DNA from: a virus
Direction: 5' to 3' (one strand)
DNA length: 64,000 nucleotides
IMG/VR virus record: IMGVR_UViG_3300022187_000017
Location: 32,001-96,000 of that record
Shown here: piece by piece, positions 55,287 to 64,000 of the stretch
How the letters are laid out: every line of letters begins with the position of its first letter
How positions within the stretch are numbered: position 1 is the stretch's first letter
Position numbers and translations under genes: made by a program
Notes under the pieces: generated by a model
Seen by the model: the letters and a program-made list of their open reading frames with translations, nothing else
Database searches by the model: none
Told to the model about the DNA's origin: nothing

Positions 55287-58200
55287 TTATAAAAACTTTA
55301 CTAATAACCCTTTCATTCTTGATGAGATCATCAACTCATTGTGTGACTTCCACTGATCAGGCATCTGGACATTACCTCTCATGATAACCATCCTGCCACT
55401 ATGCCTCTCAAGCATAGTTTTCATGTCACACTCAATATCCACCCATTCCATCTTATCCTTCTCCTCATTATGAATATTCTTCTTGTATGAATATTTGAAC
55501 CTACTATCTCCTTTCTCATTTACCAGCTCTCCACTCCAGATCCTCACATGAATGATATCTGTATTGTGTAGTAGCTCCAGCATAGCATATGGATCTCCCT
55601 TCTTAGTTGTTCTGATCAGCACATTATTAACAAGGCCTATAACTACAACTGGCCTAGTTTTACTGAGTGTATTGAACTGATCACCATCTACATAATCATC
55701 CAGATAGGAGTAGAACTGATCATCCTCACTGACTATAGTTTTATAGTTCAAATTGGATAGCTTACATACCTCATACTGCTTAACTCCCCAGTATGGATTG
55801 AATGTACTATTGCTGTGGTATTCCTCTAAGATATCCTCCTTAAATATCTTCTCATAGATATCCTGCATTACTACAGCTCTCCTACATATAGTATCCTTGA
55901 TTATGCCATACATCTCATCAAATGCTCCTGCTAATGTTAGCTGAATCATTGTCCTTTTATTTACTGCAGTCACCTTACTGCCTACCCTCTCTTTATTGAA
56001 CTCCTTCATTCTGTCCCAGAATTCCTTTATTGAGAAGAATTGGCCATTCTCATCTCTATCCAGCACAATTGCCTCAACTGACATATCTCCAATGAATTTA
56101 ATCTTACTGAGATCCCAGTATATGGTATTTTTGTCTAGATCATAGGTGAAATGACTGGTAGACTTATTTATGTTTGGAGGAGATAGTGTGATTTTAGTGC
56201 TCTTGGTTAATTCTGATATGAAATTAGCTATCTTCTCATCATCTGAGTACTCAAATGCTGTGATCCAGAATTCTAATGGATAATGCACCTTAAACCAGTT
56301 GCAGAAATATCCAATTACTGAATATGCTGCAGAGTGACTCTTGTTAAATCCATACCCTGAGAATACCTGTAGTTTCTCCCAGATGGCTTTGGCCTCATCA
56401 GGATCACATCCATTTCTTTCAGCTCCCTTGATGAATTTGGATCCATACTCATCCATCTTCTTCTTGATCTTCTTACCCATTGCCTTCCTGACACCATTAG
56501 CCTCAGCTAAGGTGAATCCTCCTAGTACCTGTACAGCCTTCATAATCTGCTCTTGATACACATAGAGTCCATAAGTCTCTTCTGTTACCTCCTTGAGTCT
56601 ATAATCATATTTTGGCTGCTTTTCACCATTTTTGAGTAAGATATACTCAGTATGAGACTTGGAGGCCATGGCACCCGGTCTGTAAAGTGCAGTAGCTGCA
56701 ATTAGATCTGACATCTGCTTTGGCTGCATGCTTACTAAATATGCAGTTAATCCTGAAGATCCAAACTGGAATACATCCTGAGTCAGTCCCCTGCAGAAGG
56801 TATTATATACCTCTGGATCATTTAATGGGATCTCTTCAGTCTTAATCTTGATACCATGATTCTTCTCAACCAAATTGATCATATTCCCAATCTTGGCCAT
56901 CTGAATAGTAGATAAGATATCCTCCTTTAGATATCCTGCATCATCTAGCTCCCCACCTTCCCATTCTGACACCAATGTTCCATCTTCTCCAACCCTTAAT
57001 GGTATCTGTCTCTTGATTCCCTTCCCTATCTTAGGTGCAATAATAGTAGCACATGCATGTACAGATCTATTCTTTAGGGATCCTATTAGACTGGATATGT
57101 CATTTATTGCTGGATAGTACTTCTTAGTGAATTGAATGAGTCTCTTATCACTGGAGCTCCCTATCTTCTTGAAGATGTCTATAAAATCTGACTCTGAATC
57201 ATCAAATATCTTTGTTAAGAAATTGATATGCTCATTAGTTCCTAATCCATAGAATCTAGATAGTTCCTTCAGAGCTGACTTTAACTTCAATGTTCCATAG
57301 GTACCCACTTGACATACAAATCCTTCTCCATATCTATCTTTGATGTAGTCTATAACTGCCTCTCTTCCATCACTGGCAAAATCCACATCGATATCAGGAA
57401 GGGATGTTGTTACCCTACTCTCATCCAGAAATCTCTCAAATAGCAGCTCATACTCCAATGGATTCACTTTAGTAATCCCTAGACAGTATGATATTAATGA
57501 TCCAGCTGCAGATCCCCTACCCGGGCCAACCTGTATCCTATTATCCTCTGCCCATTTGATGATATCCCACAGTATTAAGAAGTAGTCAATTACTTCACCT
57601 TTCTTGATAAGAGCTCCCTCCTTCTTGATCCTTTCAATGACTTCCTCCATAGGATATATATCAAAGTCAATAAGTCTCTCCAGTCCTGCAGATATTAAAT
57701 CCTTGAATAGTGCCTCATTGTCTGGGTATGACTCTTTCTCTATCTCTGTCATCTCATACTTTGGGAGGAATCTCTTACCTTCCTCTATCTGAAAATCAAC
57801 TGCCTCATTTATGCTCTTGAATGCAGCTATTGAATTATGCATCACCTCCCTTAATTTTGGCTTCTTATCCTCATCAAAATACTGAGAGAATTGATGTACT
57901 ATATCATCATAAGGTAGTAGGCTATGATTCTTAGTCATTGTGCCTCTGCTCCCTCCATGAGTTACCAATATCTCCTGTAGATGCTCCTGATCCTCCTCTA
58001 AACAATAAGAGTCATTCATCAGCACTCCCTTAACCTCTCCATGATAATTATTCATAAACCACTTCATATTCTGCTGCTCCTTCTCATGATCACCCTTTAT
58101 GTAATTCTCAGTGGTAGTATATTGATAGTATGCCTGATCTGCCTCTTCATTAATGGAGTTTAATATTACATCATCCACTACATGAGATGGCTGTATAAGT

Positions 58201-58868
58201 GCAATGGTTCCAGCTAATCCTTTTAGTATATCTTCATGCCTCAGCATCTCTGATGATAGGCTAGTATTATGTAGTAGTAGATTCTCCCATCCCTCCTGAT
58301 TTACAGCGAATAATTTTAGATTGTAGTAACCTCCTATTGCCTTAATTGGGAACTGGACTCCTAATATTGGCTTTATTCCAACATCATTACATGCATGAGA
58401 GAACTGGATCACTCCAGCTAATGTCTCCTTCTCACATATCCCTAGAGATGTATATCCTAAGAATTTGGCCTTCTTTGCCCATTCCTTATACTCATGCATA
58501 CCACACATGATCTCATGCTTACCATGGATACCTAAATATATTCTAGATTCTTCTGGAATTGGTGACATCCATTGGTACTCTCCAAAGTACCTCAATAGAG
58601 TCAGCTCTTTGAGTTTAGTCTTATTTACTGGAGTATAGTAATACCATCCTCCAAACTCAAATACGAAGTAGTCAATTTTATCTTCATCTCTCAGCTTCTT
58701 ACCATAAGGATCTAAAATAAGTTGAATCTTCCCTCCTTTAAGATCTAGGATCTTATCATTAGTTGGAGGTACCAGATAGAATATCTTATCATTTACCCTT
58801 AGCCTTCCTGCTGCTAGGTTTTGGTGAACTAATAAGTTGGAGTCCAGCCATTTTTTCAGTCTTTGCAT
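55287..58868 (-). CDS. dnaE: DNA polymerase III alpha subunit
   Basis: PHP domain, GPGRGSAAGSL, LLFERF, PDIDVDF, VFQF, LYRPG, VYQEQ, YGFNKSHS, OB fold; no intein seen. Confidence 0.97.
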   Translation of the reverse strand: MQRLKKWLDSNLLVHQNLAAGRLRVNDKIFYLVPPTNDKILDLKGGKIQLILDPYGKKLRDEDKIDYFVFEFGGWYYYTPVNKTKLKELTLLRYFGEYQWMSPIPEESRIYLGIHGKHEIMCGMHEYKEWAKKAKFLGYTSLGICEKETLAGVIQFSHACNDVGIKPILGVQFPIKAIGGYYNLKLFAVNQEGWENLLLHNTSLSSEMLRHEDILKGLAGTIALIQPSHVVDDVILNSINEEADQAYYQYTTTENYIKGDHEKEQQNMKWFMNNYHGEVKGVLMNDSYCLEEDQEHLQEILVTHGGSRGTMTKNHSLLPYDDIVHQFSQYFDEDKKPKLREVMHNSIAAFKSINEAVDFQIEEGKRFLPKYEMTEIEKESYPDNEALFKDLISAGLERLIDFDIYPMEEVIERIKKEGALIKKGEVIDYFLILWDIIKWAEDNRIQVGPGRGSAAGSLISYCLGITKVNPLEYELLFERFLDESRVTTSLPDIDVDFASDGREAVIDYIKDRYGEGFVCQVGTYGTLKLKSALKELSRFYGLGTNEHINFLTKIFDDSESDFIDIFKKIGSSSDKRLIQFTKKYYPAINDISSLIGSLKNRSVHACATIIAPKIGKGIKRQIPLRVGEDGTLVSEWEGGELDDAGYLKEDILSTIQMAKIGNMINLVEKNHGIKIKTEEIPLNDPEVYNTFCRGLTQDVFQFGSSGLTAYLVSMQPKQMSDLIAATALYRPGAMASKSHTEYILLKNGEKQPKYDYRLKEVTEETYGLYVYQEQIMKAVQVLGGFTLAEANGVRKAMGKKIKKKMDEYGSKFIKGAERNGCDPDEAKAIWEKLQVFSGYGFNKSHSAAYSVIGYFCNWFKVHYPLEFWITAFEYSDDEKIANFISELTKSTKITLSPPNINKSTSHFTYDLDKNTIYWDLSKIKFIGDMSVEAIVLDRDENGQFFSIKEFWDRMKEFNKERVGSKVTAVNKRTMIQLTLAGAFDEMYGIIKDTICRRAVVMQDIYEKIFKEDILEEYHSNSTFNPYWGVKQYEVCKLSNLNYKTIVSEDDQFYSYLDDYVDGDQFNTLSKTRPVVVIGLVNNVLIRTTKKGDPYAMLELLHNTDIIHVRIWSGELVNEKGDSRFKYSYKKNIHNEEKDKMEWVDIECDMKTMLERHSGRMVIMRGNVQMPDQWKSHNELMISSRMKGLLVKFL

Positions 58869-59463
58869 TGTTCTTTATTCTCTCAGTTATGTTATCTATA
58901 AACTTGTAGACATCTTCAAAGAAGAAGTACCTACCCAATATCTCTTTATGGTTAGTTACACCTCCAGCTCTTGCATGCCACTCCTTAATCCTATATTCAT
59001 TTAATCCTAGTAGATCTAAGTGCTCAACTAAATCTTCAAAGGTAGATTCTCTAATTACTATTCTTAGAGACAGCTTCCCTGAAACTGTATTTCTGAGTCC
59101 AGCTATCTTTAAACAAACTTTACCTCCCCTTATTAATGAGTACCATAATTTTCTCTCTTGAAGTATCCATCCTAACTCTTTACATTTTTTCCCTAGTGCA
59201 ATTATCTCTGGAAGAAATTGGTATTGATCCACATCAATTAGAAGTCCTGTTCTAAAACTTGGATCTGGAGCAGTGAATATACTCTTACCTTCTAATATTG
59301 ATGTTGTGTCAATAAGAGAAGAAAGGTCATCTAAGTCACTTACCCAGTCATTACCATTATCAATAAGCCTTTGTTGTAGTTCAAATATAGCCTCCTCTTC
59401 TGTCTTTGGAACCTCACCTAATAACTCTCCAGCCTTGATTAATAAATTATCAATGTCACTCAT
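58789..59463 (-). CDS. hypothetical protein
   Basis: Start moved to the ATG at 59463; promoter TTG-N20-TATATTTG at 59480-59510. Confidence 0.6.
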   Translation of the reverse strand: MSDIDNLLIKAGELLGEVPKTEEEAIFELQQRLIDNGNDWVSDLDDLSSLIDTTSILEGKSIFTAPDPSFRTGLLIDVDQYQFLPEIIALGKKCKELGWILQERKLWYSLIRGGKVCLKIAGLRNTVSGKLSLRIVIRESTFEDLVEHLDLLGLNEYRIKEWHARAGGVTNHKEILGRYFFFEDVYKFIDNITERIKNNAKTEKMAGLQLISSPKPSSRKAKGK

Positions 59464-59514
59464 ATTATGTTTCAATTTTCAAATATAGTAATTATACCTA
59501 ACCCTCACAACTAA

Positions 59515-60018
59515 TTATAGGATTCTTTTCAAATTTTCTATACCAACCTCTATTTCATGGTCTGTGTCTCTTATGATAACATAAACCTTTCCTTCCATTA
59601 TAACAGCATTATTATTTGAGATCTTACATATTGCAATACACCCATTTTCAAGAAGTAAGGCAAATTCTGAATTGACTGAGTAATAATTTAATTTATCAGA
59701 CTTAGAGATCCATTTCTTTGACTCCTCATCTCTATAAGTGAATCTAGGAATACCCCAGTCTGGGTGTACCTCCTTATAGAATTCCTCATATTTATCTTTA
59801 GAGTTGAATATACTTGGCAGATGATTCCTTTCAGATATCTGAAGTATTGATTCTCTCTTCCCTAACATCACTCTATTTTTGTAATATTTTTTATCTTTAG
59901 CTTTAGGGTATATTTTACTTCTTAATTCAGCTACAATATACTCTATTTGTAGTGACTTATAAAAGTCCAATAATGATTGATCTCTATTCTTATACTTTTG
60001 AGATTTAGTCTCTTCCAT
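59515..60018 (-). CDS. hypothetical protein
   Basis: Packed ORF in the replication operon. Confidence 0.6.
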   Translation of the reverse strand: MEETKSQKYKNRDQSLLDFYKSLQIEYIVAELRSKIYPKAKDKKYYKNRVMLGKRESILQISERNHLPSIFNSKDKYEEFYKEVHPDWGIPRFTYRDEESKKWISKSDKLNYYSVNSEFALLLENGCIAICKISNNNAVIMEGKVYVIIRDTDHEIEVGIENLKRIL

Positions 60019-60019
60019 T

Positions 60020-61138
60020 TTAACCTTTAAATTTATATTTTTTTCTATCTAATTTATTGCCTACTAATCCTGTGTAGAATTGAATAAATGACCTCATTGA
60101 ACTTAGAACTGATTTGAATTCTTGTTGTGACATATCTCCCGGATCCTTGCCCTCCACTGGCATAGCTAACTTCACATCACTAAAATTCTTCACTAATTCT
60201 GATCCATAATACTTACTGTCCTCTATTGCTTCTGGATCATACATTAAAATAATACTTTTCATCGAATTATTTTGTATTTCATCGGTTTTTTCGATTAACT
60301 TCATCATTTGGCTATATGAAATTTTCTTACCAAAAGTGCATACACATTTAACCTTTTCGCTCTTATTTAGCTGTAACTGTTTGTCTGTGTTTGTTTTATC
60401 AAATGGCCCTTCTACAATTATGATAGTTTCAGTATTGCTGGTGACATCATCTATACCCCACAGCATTTTCTCAAAAAATACTCCTCCCTGATTTTTGTAC
60501 TTTGGATGAGTCATCTTTCTATCACCCTTCTCTGCTGTCTTGTTAAATTCTTTAACATGCTCATTATAAGCATTCATCCTATCATTATCCCATGTAGATC
60601 TTCCTACATACCCCTTGTTCTCACCATCCTGCTCTATTAAGATCACAACATAATCCTTCAATGGATAGTAGATCTCTGTTATCCCTACTTGATAATGCTG
60701 AAATTGCCATGGATCCCATCCTCTGGCCACCAGATATGGATGGTATTCTAACCTACTCCAACCTAGAGGAGGAGGCATATTGGCCAACTCATCCTCATTT
60801 ACTCCCTCACTTACACCTTCATTTAATCCCTCATCTAATTTCTCTCTAGTGGATTTTATGAATTCCCTATTGCCTACTAGGTGCTCCTTACCAAATAACT
60901 CCAGCAGCTTATACTCTGATCCATGCTCTGCACAAGATCCTGAAAAGCAATTGAATGATACCTGATTGTGATACTTACCATCTTTCTGATCATTAAATTT
61001 GACACCAAACTTATCCTCCTTCCCACAGAATGGACAATCAGTAATATGCCAGCCTCTAGGAGTTTTCTTTCTTACATTCAACCCTAGTGACTCTATGACA
61101 GCATTCTGGATATTAGTCCATTTCTTCTTCTGATCCAT
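60020..61138 (-). CDS. dnaG: DNA primase
   Basis: CPFC...NCF...C zinc finger, YL..RG, GYVGR, KYKN, TOPRIM VEGPFD, YD.EA, KDPGD. Confidence 0.9.
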   Translation of the reverse strand: MDQKKKWTNIQNAVIESLGLNVRKKTPRGWHITDCPFCGKEDKFGVKFNDQKDGKYHNQVSFNCFSGSCAEHGSEYKLLELFGKEHLVGNREFIKSTREKLDEGLNEGVSEGVNEDELANMPPPLGWSRLEYHPYLVARGWDPWQFQHYQVGITEIYYPLKDYVVILIEQDGENKGYVGRSTWDNDRMNAYNEHVKEFNKTAEKGDRKMTHPKYKNQGGVFFEKMLWGIDDVTSNTETIIIVEGPFDKTNTDKQLQLNKSEKVKCVCTFGKKISYSQMMKLIEKTDEIQNNSMKSIILMYDPEAIEDSKYYGSELVKNFSDVKLAMPVEGKDPGDMSQQEFKSVLSSMRSFIQFYTGLVGNKLDRKKYKFKG

Positions 61139-62501
61139 ACTGTCTGATTTTGACTGTTCTTAGGTGATCATAGAATCTCTCATTCTCCATGTTTGTAGCT
61201 ATAGGAAATGTAGGTACTGGAGCATTATACTTTCTGAACTTATCCCAGTGTAGCCTCCTCCTATTCTCATCCTTCTCAGCATCTGTACCATTGATGGTAA
61301 TAAAGTAGGAGAATGGCTTAATCATCCCTTTGAATTCTGATATATGCTCTCTCCTGTATACAAATGTTGGATCATTCTGATCATCATGAGATACAGTTGA
61401 TGATTGAGTAGCTGTGAACCCTGCACAATCAAATTCCATACATAGATTCTTGAATCCCTGTCCTAGCTTTTCTCTTCTCTTCCTCTCCTGATCATTGCTG
61501 GTGCCATAGGTCTTACCATCACCCGGATGTAATAGCTCCAAGTAATCCAATACCAGTGCATCAATAGGCCCATAAAGATCTACTATCTCCCTCATATAAT
61601 TCCTCACATCCAGTAGACTTCCCTCATCAAATGTCTCAAATGCCTTCAGATGGATCTCTCCACCTTTCCTCTGAATATCCTTCAGAGCTGCAGAGAGCTC
61701 TTCTATGGTATCTTCATCTAACATACCTGTCTCAGCAACTGCAATGCTTATTCCTGCATAAGCAGCATCATAACACTGCTCTGCTTCATCTCTGGAGCCT
61801 TCTGCTTGGACATGAACTATCCTATGTCCTAATTTTGAGTTATAGTAACCTATGAACTTTAGCATCTTAGATTTACCAGATCCACTAGGCCCCATTAACA
61901 TCAATGTATCCTTTCTATCAACTCCTCCCTTGAGCTGATCATCACATCCTAATATTATTCCTGTTGGTATTTTTCTGGCTCTAAACTTTGAAGGATCCAC
62001 TGAAGTAAACTCATCCTTCCTGTCATCCATCCTATCCTCCATACCTTCTATGATATTGTGATAGTATGTCTCATCCTTTATCTTGAAGTTAGATAACTTC
62101 TCTGCCACTTCTGTCATGAGCTGGAATGCTCCAGCATCATCATTCTTATTATACAGCTCTGCTAGTTCCTTGTGAGCACTTATGAAGATCATTTGCTTGA
62201 TGAATATCTCCAGCTGCTCCAATAGATCCTCTATATTGGGTTCATCAGAATTGGCTATATCACCAATAACTTTCATCACATCCTTATCAGCCTCATACTG
62301 CTGGCCTAATATCCCAATCGATATAAGCCTGCCTGTAACCTCATAATGATTTACCATGGATCTCCAGATCAGCTTGTGATCTTCTGAAGGTAGGAAGTGA
62401 TATTCAATGTGCTCTCTTGCTAATTCAAATACATCAGATTGTCTTAGACATACCTTATACAATTCTGTAATGAAGAATTCATTCAGTTGCTTCTTTGCCA
62501 T
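61113..62501 (-). CDS. dnaB: DnaB-like replicative helicase
   Basis: IPTG, GPSGSGKS Walker A, AEG, LDYLEL Walker B, TATQ, K.R. Confidence 0.9.
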   Translation of the reverse strand: MAKKQLNEFFITELYKVCLRQSDVFELAREHIEYHFLPSEDHKLIWRSMVNHYEVTGRLISIGILGQQYEADKDVMKVIGDIANSDEPNIEDLLEQLEIFIKQMIFISAHKELAELYNKNDDAGAFQLMTEVAEKLSNFKIKDETYYHNIIEGMEDRMDDRKDEFTSVDPSKFRARKIPTGIILGCDDQLKGGVDRKDTLMLMGPSGSGKSKMLKFIGYYNSKLGHRIVHVQAEGSRDEAEQCYDAAYAGISIAVAETGMLDEDTIEELSAALKDIQRKGGEIHLKAFETFDEGSLLDVRNYMREIVDLYGPIDALVLDYLELLHPGDGKTYGTSNDQERKRREKLGQGFKNLCMEFDCAGFTATQSSTVSHDDQNDPTFVYRREHISEFKGMIKPFSYFITINGTDAEKDENRRRLHWDKFRKYNAPVPTFPIATNMENERFYDHLRTVKIRQYGSEEEMD

Positions 62502-62540
62502 TTAGTTTTACAATTTTAATAGTTACAAATATAGTGATAA

Positions 62541-64000
62541 TTATCCTAGGAAATTGAAATCAAATGATTTTAATGACCTTTTAAATCCTTTCATCATGAT
62601 ATACAGTGACATACTAGTATCATCATGCTGCCCAACTGACTCCAATTTCCCTTTATCTTGGATAAAAGTCATTGAATTCAACTCTGAAAAGTATAGATCT
62701 GTTAGATCCTTAGCCTTCTGAGTCCCATATGGGAACTTAATTCCTCCCTGTTCAAATAGGACTGCCAGTGCAGGCACTCCCTTGTACATATCTTTCTTCT
62801 CTGCTCCAGTGAAATCTCCAACTGCAGGAAGTCCAGCCTCCTCAACTAATTGAAGGAATATCTCCTGCATGCCATTTGTCTCTAAAACAAAGACATCTGG
62901 CCTGAATCTTCTATTGATCATCTTCAGAGCTGCAATCTGGCCTCCATATTTCACACCTCTCTTCCTCCATGTATTGAGTACATGGATCTTACCTCTGGAA
63001 TCTACACCTCCAATAGTGAATACTGAGTAATCAGATCCAATACCAGATGATATTGCAAAGTCACACCCTACAACTATCATCTCATACTTCTCTTTACATG
63101 AATCAATGTTCTCTACTACATCAACCTCATCCTGTCCTATAATCGATTTTCTTAGAATGTCATAAGGGAATAGAGTTGCTCCATCAGCTAATGGCTGCAC
63201 CATGATCTCTCTTGAGAATACTATCTCTCCTAGAAGAGCTTTTTTCTCCATGATAGAGTCATATGAGTGCCTTGTTTCAAATAACAATGTACCATCAGGG
63301 AATATTGCTGGATATTCAAATATACCAAACCTCTGAGCTTCTCCCTTTGCTATTGAATCTGCATTGGCTTTCTTCAGTGTTCCATATAGATCCAATTCAA
63401 AGAATGGAGTTCCAATGATGACCATCTGGCCACCCGGAGTCAGTGCTGGGTATATCACCCCAGAGAAGATATTCCAATACCTATCTCTCTGCTCTTGGCT
63501 GTATAATGAACTATCATTCAGGAAGTCATCTAATACTACCCATTTAGGGTGAAGTCCTCTAATTTTCGAGTTTGCAGACCTTACATAGAACTTAGCTCCA
63601 TTCTTACAGACAATCTTCTCTCTACCCCAGCCATCTCTTTTACTATCTGGCATCAATCTAGCTCTTAATACATCATTGCTCTCAATCTCATCCCTCACTT
63701 TACCCATGAACTCTGTAGATAGCTTATATTCATTTGTCACTAGCATACCTTCACCAGCCATAAACAGCTCTTTAGATGCTGCTGGATCCTGTGGAGAGAA
63801 TTTTCTGTATCTATACAGCTGCCATAGTGGATATGCAAATGACATCTGGTGTGACTTACCATGATCCCTTGCAGCCAATATAAGTAGTAACCTATACATC
63901 TGGGTGAGATTACCCCACTCAGCATTATGCCATCCCATTATGAAATCTGGGAGTACTGATAGCATGAAGTAATTGAATGATCTACATCTTAATGTTTCCT
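62541..64000 (-). CDS. terL: terminase large subunit, 5'-truncated
   Basis: AARDHGKS Walker A, IRGLHP, VVLDD Walker B, IGTP, GCDFA...SDYSV nuclease motif, HDD; frame open to the window end. Confidence 0.92.
   Translation of the reverse strand, partial: ETLRCRSFNYFMLSVLPDFIMGWHNAEWGNLTQMYRLLLILAARDHGKSHQMSFAYPLWQLYRYRKFSPQDPAASKELFMAGEGMLVTNEYKLSTEFMGKVRDEIESNDVLRARLMPDSKRDGWGREKIVCKNGAKFYVRSANSKIRGLHPKWVVLDDFLNDSSLYSQEQRDRYWNIFSGVIYPALTPGGQMVIIGTPFFELDLYGTLKKANADSIAKGEAQRFGIFEYPAIFPDGTLLFETRHSYDSIMEKKALLGEIVFSREIMVQPLADGATLFPYDILRKSIIGQDEVDVVENIDSCKEKYEMIVVGCDFAISSGIGSDYSVFTIGGVDSRGKIHVLNTWRKRGVKYGGQIAALKMINRRFRPDVFVLETNGMQEIFLQLVEEAGLPAVGDFTGAEKKDMYKGVPALAVLFEQGGIKFPYGTQKAKDLTDLYFSELNSMTFIQDKGKLESVGQHDDTSMSLYIMMKGFKRSLKSFDFNFLG

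Noticed and set aside
56315-56497. Alternative-frame minus-strand ORFs inside dnaE (and 63740-63925 inside terL)
   Set aside because: They are short, out of frame within conserved genes, and have no supporting signals.
508-63864. All plus-strand ORFs in the track (e.g. 508-954, 3850-4245, 10443-11042)
   Set aside because: They are antisense shadows of well-supported minus-strand genes, rich in Ser/Ile/Leu and without motifs.
37200-64000. Inteins or group I introns in RNR, RecA, DnaE, DnaB or TerL
   Set aside because: The ORFs are uninterrupted and of ordinary length, with no splice-junction or homing-endonuclease motifs seen.
1-64000. Stop-codon reassignment
   Set aside because: Conserved genes are intact and densely packed under the standard code, and TAA, TAG and TGA all end genes.

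Overview
This window is 64 kb of a large, AT-rich tailed dsDNA phage genome. Essentially every gene is on the minus strand. A Bacteroidota (probably flavobacterial) host is inferred from the repeated TTG-N20-TAnnTT(T/A)(G/A) promoters and the A-rich start regions lacking Shine-Dalgarno sequences. In the direction of transcription (right to left) the window holds: a 5'-truncated terminase large subunit; a replication/recombination block (DnaB-like helicase, primase, DnaE, putative SSB, SbcD-RecA-SbcC, RuvC); nucleotide-metabolism genes (dNMP kinase, RNase H, RTPR-type ribonucleotide reductase, MazG); a long accessory region of small promoter-headed modules; then fibre-like virion genes, a sulfotransferase, an esterase, a holin and a SPO1/Twort-type portal. 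The standout finding is a circularly permuted (two-piece), apparently pseudoknot-free tmRNA gene at ~20294-20575. Other highlights are a tRNA-like structured RNA whose large loop is antisense to a translation-start-like sequence (32212-32314) and a candidate DNA-modification toolkit (two PAPS-reductase/DndC-like proteins, a Gp88-like Fe-S protein, a GREB1-like glycosyltransferase, an orphan methyltransferase). The DNA also shows strong oligonucleotide biases: CCWGG and GGWCC appear avoided, CpG is depleted and GATC is enriched. All calls were made by eye from motifs; no database searches were run.
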